Of a stretch of 22,743 nucleotides of DNA, positions 16,531-22,743 are shown one piece after another. Made by a program: the position numbers and the translations under genes. The notes beneath the pieces were generated by a model. That model made no database searches and was not told the origin of the DNA. It saw only the letters and a program-made list of their open reading frames with translations. Position 1 is the first letter of the stretch. Each line of letters starts with the position of its first letter. The stretch covers positions 36,886 to 59,628 of the forward strand of contig JBHLKY010000021.1 of the NCBI GenBank assembly GCA_048886185.1, in the 5' to 3' direction. The stretch is from Candidatus Hermodarchaeota archaeon. Its GTDB lineage: Archaea; Asgardarchaeota; Heimdallarchaeia; Hodarchaeales; Hodarchaeaceae.

Positions 16531-17562
16531 TTAAAATCTCTTCTTCTTAGTGGGATAAGCCTTGAATGGAGTACGAGGTTCAAGACTTAACCAATCTGTG
16601 GTATCATCTAAGTGAGAAAGAGAATGTAATAAATCATAAGTCACCCAGCGAGATGCTTGAGGATGAGGGGAGTATTCCCATAACCCATAAGGCCCTTGTA
16701 AGTTAATAACAAAATCTAAGAAGCTTGCTATTCTTTCATCTTCAAGACTAGCTTTAATTCGCCAACATAAGTGAAGAATGAAAGCGACATCAAATTTAGC
16801 AAAATGAGTAAAGTATCCACCCATTGGTTCTAACCCAATCGTACGAGCAACCTCAAATCCAAGAGTGTGCTTCTCATGGGTTTCACGGGCAAGAAGTAAG
16901 TTCAATGCCTTACGAGCTGCTTTACCTGTTCTATGTTGAGGATGTAAAGCCAAACAGTGTATTATAGCAGTAGTATTTGTACGGCATCCCCAACGGGAAT
17001 GAGCAAGTCTTCGATATCCTGCAATGAAACCTTTTGTTCCAGCTTTTGTGCCCGCTGGCCATGACCCATCTTTTAATTGATGAGCAATTAACCATTCATA
17101 GCCACGCTCAGCTCGTTTATCAGTAGAATATCCACATGATGCTATGGCTCGCAAGGGAAAAGCTGTTTGTAAAGGAATCATATCATATCCTCCATCAATT
17201 TTTTGGCTCTTGGCTGGAAGAGGCCAGGAACCATCATCCAATTGCCTTGTAAAGAGAAATTCCACTCCATTCTTAACGGATGGATGACGAGATGAAAACC
17301 CTAAGAATCCAAATCTTAGTAAAACCATTGATGTAGCTGTAATTTTATCGGTATATGTGAATAAATGTGAGAAATCACTACCTTTCCATGAACCATCATC
17401 CTTTTGGAATTCAATAAAGTCTATTATTAGAGGATCTGAATCAAGAATTTCTCTTAATTCCTTTACTTCTTGGTCTGATTCTGATTTATGGAGTAGATTC
17501 TTCAGCACCAATAAACGCAAACAAGGCGATGGATCAGCCAACAATAATGGTATTCGATTCAT
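16531..17562 (-). CDS. Prenyltransferase/squalene-cyclase QW-repeat (alpha/alpha)6 barrel protein of unknown function
   Basis: Four QW motifs: QKDDGSW, QLDDGSW, QLKDGSW and QGPYGLW. No DxDD cyclase motif. The ATG at 17562 overlaps the uvrA stop (ATGA). Confidence 0.85.
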   Translation of the reverse strand: MNRIPLLLADPSPCLRLLVLKNLLHKSESDQEVKELREILDSDPLIIDFIEFQKDDGSWKGSDFSHLFTYTDKITATSMVLLRFGFLGFSSRHPSVKNGVEFLFTRQLDDGSWPLPAKSQKIDGGYDMIPLQTAFPLRAIASCGYSTDKRAERGYEWLIAHQLKDGSWPAGTKAGTKGFIAGYRRLAHSRWGCRTNTTAIIHCLALHPQHRTGKAARKALNLLLARETHEKHTLGFEVARTIGLEPMGGYFTHFAKFDVAFILHLCWRIKASLEDERIASFLDFVINLQGPYGLWEYSPHPQASRWVTYDLLHSLSHLDDTTDWLSLEPRTPFKAYPTKKKRF

Positions 17563-20500
17563 GAACAATTCCCCAATACTTTTTGAATGTAAGGAGCAGT
17601 TGGAGTCTTGTGAGTTGCCACTTTGGAAGGGGTTCCATTTGCAAGAATATGACCCCCTTCTGGCCCCCCGACGGGTCCAAGTTCAATTACCCAATCACAT
17701 GCTGCAAGTACGTATGGATGGTGTTCAATTACTACGACAGTGTTTCCCTCGTCGACTAACTGATGAAGAACTTTCATTAATTGAGATATATCTTGTAAAC
17801 TCTGGCCTATGGTAGGTTCATCTAAAATATATAGAGTTGAAGGTTCTGATTTTGACTTCTTTCGGCATAATTCTTTTGCAATCTTTAATCGTTGACATTC
17901 GCCTCCTGATAAATGGATTCTTGGTTGACGTAAGATTAAATATCCAAGTCCCACTTTTTTTGCCATTTTTATTGGACGAGAAATTCTCTCATCATAATTG
18001 AATAAGTCATATATTTGATTAAGTGTTAAATCATATAGTTCTGGTAATGTGTAGCCATGTAATCGAACCATCCATGCTTCTGCTGTGAGACCAGTTCCTT
18101 CACAAATATCACAACGAATATATACATCAGGGAGGAACCCCATGTCCATTTTAATCATACCTCTCCCATTACAATGTGAACATTGTCTATATAACTGTGT
18201 TTCATCCAATTCAACAGCTTTTGCATCATCACTCTCTGCATATAGGGAATAAAGGGGCTTTTTTAAGTTCAAATAAGTAAGGGGACTACTCACCTCTTGT
18301 TTTGATTGATCGATGATTATTGTTCTTGATGGAACTCCTTCAATAGAGTCATATCTTCCAGGTTCAATTGGCTCTTGTGCAACTGATGTTGTGTGTTTCT
18401 TAGGAGCTAAAATACGTCCTAAAGTATCAATTAAGAGTGTACTTTTCCCTGAGCCAGAAACACCACATATTCCTACAAGTGTACCTAATGGTATTTTAAA
18501 GGGTTCTCCTTTAAGGTTATTTTGTGATGCACCGTTCAAAGTTAACCACCCTTGAGGATTTCTATATGATCCATACTTCGTAGGGCGTTTAAATCGCCTT
18601 TTTCCGCTTAACCATAAAGCAGTGATCGTATCAGAGTTTATGATATCCGATACTGTACCTTGAGCTGTAATTGTACCCCCCAACACCCCTGGCCCTGGTC
18701 CTATATCTATTATATAATCAGCAGCCTTTATCATCTGAGGATCGTGCTCAATTACAATAACAGTGTTACCTTCATCACGAAGACTAATTAACGCACTGAG
18801 TAATCCATTAATTTCATTCGGATGAAGTCCTCTAGTTGGTTCGTCAAGTAATACAGTAAGAGAGGTGAGACTACTACCAAGTAATCCTGCTAGTTTTATA
18901 CGCTGTGCTTCTCCAGCACTTAAGGTCATTAATATTCGTGAAGCATTCATATATCCTAAGCCGACTTGATTTAAGAACTCTAAACGTCGAATCATTGTAT
19001 CTAGACTGTATTTGGCAACATGAGTGTCAATATCTGGTAGAATAAGGTTATTTAATACTTGTTGAAGTTGTATAAAAGGCATTTCATTTAGTTCGTGAAT
19101 ATTGTAAGTACTTAGTGTCACCGTAAGATATTCTGGTCTGAGTCTGGTCCCATTACATTCAGAACATGTTTCTGAGGATGTGTAGGTTCCACCTACGTCC
19201 CAATCACCAATCCATCCATAAAAACCTTTAAAATTAATAATCCTAGTATAATCCCCAAGTTTTTTACTTTTACTTTCAAAATTTACTTCTAAAGGTTGTT
19301 GATCTCCAAATAGAAATGCCTGTTGAGCTTCAGATTTCATCTCATTCCAAGGAGTAACCATTGGATCGAATCCATAACGATTAGCCAAAGCCTGAATTAT
19401 ATAGTATCCTCCATTATATCGTTTACACAGGTACCCTTTCGGAAAGAAACCTGGGGAAAACATAGCTCCTTTACACAATGGTTTTTCAGGATGAATAATT
19501 AATTTTTCTGGGTTAGGTATTTGAATGGTTCCAACCCCTTGGCATGCTTGACACGCAGATGCATAATTAGAAGGCGAGAAATACTTTGGTTTTGGAACTG
19601 GAGAAATTTTTCTGCATTTAGGGCAAATCCATTCATTTTGACTTTTCCGACATGATAAACCACAGGTGGGGCAAAAATAATCTCCAAAATTCGAGATTAA
19701 AACTGTTAAATGATGAGAAATCTCAGTTATTAAACCAACAGTTGAACGATAATTATACCATCTGCCTATTCGCTTGGGGTCAATGCTAATAGTTACACCA
19801 AGACCTGAAACGGAGTCAACGGGTGCTTCAGGACCCTCACTTAAGCCTTGTCGTTCATAAAGGGATAATGTCTCAAGATATCGCCTTTCTGCTTCAGCTT
19901 TTAAAACATCATTGATCAAACTTGATTTTCCAGAACCAGATACTCCTGTAATTACTGTTAATGCTCCTTTTGGAAATTCTACTGATATTTTTTTCAGGTT
20001 ATTAGCTGAAGCATTTTTAATTTGGATTGTGTCTGATATTCTGGATAGTTTAGTTTGTTTTGCTTCAGGATTTATTGATTCTTCATAATGAAGTCCTTGT
20101 GTTGTCAAGGACTCTATTTTGTTTAATAATCCTTGGGGAACCCCGCTATATATTAATTCTCCTCCTAATGGTCCTGCACCAGGTCCAAGATCAATGATCC
20201 AATCAGCTGCTCGAATGAAATCTGAATTATGCTCTACAACCACCACTGTTGCTCCAGTACGAATTAGTTTATCCAAAACAGACAAAAGACATGAAATATC
20301 ATAGGGGTGAAGCCCTGTAGATGGTTCGTCCAATAAAATAAGCTGATCTTCTAGCGATTTTTTTCCCAGATATTTAGCCAATTTTACTCGTTGAGCTTCT
20401 CCTCCAGAGAGCGTTGGCGATGGTTGACCTAGAGGGAGATATCCCAATCCAACATCTTTTAACGCTTCAAGAATTCGTTTTACAGTGTTTCTATCTTTTT

Positions 20501-22463
20501 GCGTTAAATTCAGATTACTACTTTTAATAAACCACTCGTAAGCTTCGTCGACTGATAGCTTATAGAAGTCTGCTATTGAAAGCGATTCTTTTTCGAATTG
20601 TACTTTTAGAGACAGGACTTCTCTTGAAAAACGTTCTCCCTCACAGATACTGCATTGAATCCAAGTTGAAGGTAGATAACGCATTTTTACCTCAACTGCT
20701 CCCATTCCTTTACAATCTTCACACCATCCTTCTTCCCGATTGAATGAAAAGTGAGAGGGAGATAACTTCGTTATTCTCGCAAAAATATCCCTAATGACTG
20801 CTGCTAAGTTAGTATAGGTTGCTGGATTTGACCGTGGATTTTTCCCAATTGGTGATTGATCAACAAGAAGGGGTTTTAACTCCTTTCCTTTAATTTCTTT
20901 ACATCCAACTGGTTTTTTCTTCGATAATGATGCATGTAACACATCATCAATAAATGTGCTTTTACCACTTCCACTAGGCCCTGTTATGACTGTTAAACGT
21001 CGTAGTGGAATTCTAATGTTAATACTTTTAAGATTCCTGAAATTTGCTTCAATGATCTCTATAAATTGAGATGGAGGTGACCGATGTTCAGGAATCTTTA
21101 CATGCTCACGCATACTGAAGAAACGACCAGTATAACTCTCTTCTCGCCATAATGAAGGTAATGCTCCTGAAAATATTATTTTTCCTCCTTCTTTACCTGC
21201 TCCAGGTCCAAGATCTATGGCTTGATCTGCAGCAGCCGCTGCAACTCGATCATGTTCTACAAAAATAACAGGTCCACTAAATTGTTGGAATGCTGGAAGA
21301 AGGTTAGTTACATCCATTATACTTAAACCAATAGTTGGTTCATCTAACACATGCACCATATCTTCTAATCTGCTAATTAATGCAACCGCTAAACGGACTC
21401 TCTGAGATTCACCTCTTGATAATGTAGGTGATCGACGATTTAAGGTAATATAACCTAAACCAACTGTTATTAAAGCTTCTAATCGTCTCTGAATTTCAAA
21501 AATCACACGATTTGCTGATGAGGCTTCTTTTGGATCCTTAAAAATGGTAGAAAGCTCATCAACTGATCGAGCTAGAAGCTCTGGTAAATGAGAGCCATTC
21601 CAAGTAATTGATAAAGCTTCCGGATGTACTCCAGTCTTCTGACATTGATCACATCCGTTCCTGTTACAAAATGGACAGGGAGTGTTAAATATTGTTGTTT
21701 TTATACCTTTAATCCATTGGCCACATTCAGGACAAACATTAGTAAATGAAAGTGTAGAACGATTCCGATTTTGTGATTCATACTGCACACTAATACAATT
21801 TGCACCAAGAGATTTTATTTTTTGGACACATTTTCTAATTGTACTCAAAGAGATTGAATTATCAATAGCTGCGATTCGAATTTCAATATCATGAGAGTCA
21901 TGTGGATCTAATTCTTTAAATTGATATTGAAATCCATCCACTAGTAGTGCTTCCTTCCCAAATTCTTCAACAAGTGTATCTAATAAAGTTCTATGGCTTC
22001 CTTTTACTCCCTTTACCAAAGGAGCATAAATACTTATTGAATCAACTTTAGCAATACTGAATAGTTGATCGATGATCTCATCCTCTGAATAAATGCGAAT
22101 GGCTGTTCCACACGCTGTACAATGACGTTGACCAAAATTTATATAGAAGATTCTTAAAAAAGGATGTAATCCAGAAGCAGATGCGAGGGTGGATAGAGGA
22201 TTCCGATTGAGGATGTTCTGTTCGATTGCAATTGTTGGACCCAATCCTGAAATCCGTTGAACATTAGCTGGGGCTAGACGGGGTTTAGATCCTCGCGTAA
22301 ATATCTCCGAAAAACGTCGACGGGCTTCATGATATAATGTTGAGAAAATAAGAGAACTTTTTCCACTACCCGATATTCCAGTAACGACAGTTAAACCATC
22401 TCCAAATTCAATATCAATATTTTGAAGGTTATTTTCATTAGCTCCTTCTATCTGAATTTTCAT
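17559..22463 (-). CDS. uvrA: Double-length (tandem-fused) UvrA-family ABC ATPase, four nucleotide-binding domains
   Basis: 1634 aa. Four Walker A motifs ([24 protein letters not shown] x2), four signatures (LSRGE, LSGGE, LSAGE, LSGGE), four DEP Walker B motifs and many CxxC zinc modules. UvrA-specific motifs include ANxNNL and DLGPGAG. Confidence 0.93.
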   Translation of the reverse strand: MKIQIEGANENNLQNIDIEFGDGLTVVTGISGSGKSSLIFSTLYHEARRRFSEIFTRGSKPRLAPANVQRISGLGPTIAIEQNILNRNPLSTLASASGLHPFLRIFYINFGQRHCTACGTAIRIYSEDEIIDQLFSIAKVDSISIYAPLVKGVKGSHRTLLDTLVEEFGKEALLVDGFQYQFKELDPHDSHDIEIRIAAIDNSISLSTIRKCVQKIKSLGANCISVQYESQNRNRSTLSFTNVCPECGQWIKGIKTTIFNTPCPFCNRNGCDQCQKTGVHPEALSITWNGSHLPELLARSVDELSTIFKDPKEASSANRVIFEIQRRLEALITVGLGYITLNRRSPTLSRGESQRVRLAVALISRLEDMVHVLDEPTIGLSIMDVTNLLPAFQQFSGPVIFVEHDRVAAAAADQAIDLGPGAGKEGGKIIFSGALPSLWREESYTGRFFSMREHVKIPEHRSPPSQFIEIIEANFRNLKSINIRIPLRRLTVITGPSGSGKSTFIDDVLHASLSKKKPVGCKEIKGKELKPLLVDQSPIGKNPRSNPATYTNLAAVIRDIFARITKLSPSHFSFNREEGWCEDCKGMGAVEVKMRYLPSTWIQCSICEGERFSREVLSLKVQFEKESLSIADFYKLSVDEAYEWFIKSSNLNLTQKDRNTVKRILEALKDVGLGYLPLGQPSPTLSGGEAQRVKLAKYLGKKSLEDQLILLDEPSTGLHPYDISCLLSVLDKLIRTGATVVVVEHNSDFIRAADWIIDLGPGAGPLGGELIYSGVPQGLLNKIESLTTQGLHYEESINPEAKQTKLSRISDTIQIKNASANNLKKISVEFPKGALTVITGVSGSGKSSLINDVLKAEAERRYLETLSLYERQGLSEGPEAPVDSVSGLGVTISIDPKRIGRWYNYRSTVGLITEISHHLTVLISNFGDYFCPTCGLSCRKSQNEWICPKCRKISPVPKPKYFSPSNYASACQACQGVGTIQIPNPEKLIIHPEKPLCKGAMFSPGFFPKGYLCKRYNGGYYIIQALANRYGFDPMVTPWNEMKSEAQQAFLFGDQQPLEVNFESKSKKLGDYTRIINFKGFYGWIGDWDVGGTYTSSETCSECNGTRLRPEYLTVTLSTYNIHELNEMPFIQLQQVLNNLILPDIDTHVAKYSLDTMIRRLEFLNQVGLGYMNASRILMTLSAGEAQRIKLAGLLGSSLTSLTVLLDEPTRGLHPNEINGLLSALISLRDEGNTVIVIEHDPQMIKAADYIIDIGPGPGVLGGTITAQGTVSDIINSDTITALWLSGKRRFKRPTKYGSYRNPQGWLTLNGASQNNLKGEPFKIPLGTLVGICGVSGSGKSTLLIDTLGRILAPKKHTTSVAQEPIEPGRYDSIEGVPSRTIIIDQSKQEVSSPLTYLNLKKPLYSLYAESDDAKAVELDETQLYRQCSHCNGRGMIKMDMGFLPDVYIRCDICEGTGLTAEAWMVRLHGYTLPELYDLTLNQIYDLFNYDERISRPIKMAKKVGLGYLILRQPRIHLSGGECQRLKIAKELCRKKSKSEPSTLYILDEPTIGQSLQDISQLMKVLHQLVDEGNTVVVIEHHPYVLAACDWVIELGPVGGPEGGHILANGTPSKVATHKTPTAPYIQKVLGNCS

Positions 22464-22525
22464 GATTTCACAATCATTATAGAAGTGTTAAATAGAGAAA
22501 AATGGCTTAACAACGACTATTCTGC

Positions 22526-22535
22526 TTTATATAAA
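22526..22535 (-). promoter_or_regulatory. Candidate TATA box (TTTATATAAA) upstream of uvrA
   Basis: Strong archaeal TATA consensus about 65 nt upstream of the ATG. It is self-complementary, so it could also serve a plus-strand gene outside the window. Confidence 0.4.
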
Positions 22536-22743
22536 TCATTTATCTGGTGGAGAAGTGATCGAAGAAAAAAAACTAGAGTAAGATAACCACCTTGATATTA
22601 TTCAACATACTAGCAAGATATTCAACTAAATCACTAGGAATATATGACAATGGGTCGTTTAGTCCCAAGTCATCATCACAAAAGTAGAATCTTGCTATTG
22701 ATCAATTAATGTCTTCAGTAATTTCTTTAACATAAAATACTTA

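Noticed and set aside
16531-17562. Squalene-hopene cyclase / hopanoid synthesis
   Set aside because: It is about half the length of a cyclase, has a single barrel and lacks the DxDD protonation motif.
17357-17815. 152-aa plus-strand ORF spanning the uvrA/QW-barrel junction
   Set aside because: It is antisense to two well-supported genes and has no recognisable motif, so it is a shadow ORF.
3439-22463. Remaining short nested ORFs in the track (e.g. 3439-3657, 5285-5542, 7410-7712, 10094-10318, 18313-18555, 21682-21894)
   Set aside because: They lie mostly or entirely within longer genes with clear family motifs, and have no RBS or domain evidence.
22573-22743. Minus-strand frame VFYVKEITEDIN*SIARFYFCDDDLGLNDPLSYIPSDLVEYLASMLNNIKVVILL*, a possible gene remnant
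   Set aside because: It is short, interrupted by stops, cut by the window edge and has no recognisable family. It cannot be supported without flanking sequence.

Overview
AT-rich, gene-dense archaeal window with 17 intact CDS and one nonsense-interrupted gene. I see no rRNA, tRNA, CRISPR array or mobile element. GGTGA/GGAG ribosome-binding sites, TATA boxes, a form III RuBisCO and TM+basic-tail surface proteins point to an archaeon, plausibly Asgard (Heimdall/Hodarchaeales-like); the taxonomy is inference. Gene order: tldD, pmbA, CDF transporter with three C-terminal domains, orphan m4C methyltransferase, ycaQ-like glycosylase, form III rbcL, two surface proteins, HTH-Cys regulator, cysteine synthase-like, maspardin-like alpha/beta hydrolase (internal TAA), DinB, TatD, ATC-hydrolase-like, HemL-like aminotransferase, QW-repeat (alpha/alpha)6 barrel, and a 1634-aa double UvrA. 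Most notable: (1) the tandem UvrA is asymmetric, with a UvrB-binding domain only in half 1 and an insertion domain only in half 2, and it is translationally coupled to a prenyltransferase-fold protein; (2) two GTTGAC-N7-GTCAAC palindromes flank the TATA box of the HTH-Cys gene, which is coupled to a 7-repeat beta-propeller surface protein carrying a C8 tract; (3) the maspardin (SPG21)-like hydrolase appears to keep a full catalytic triad. All family assignments come from motif recognition, not database searches.
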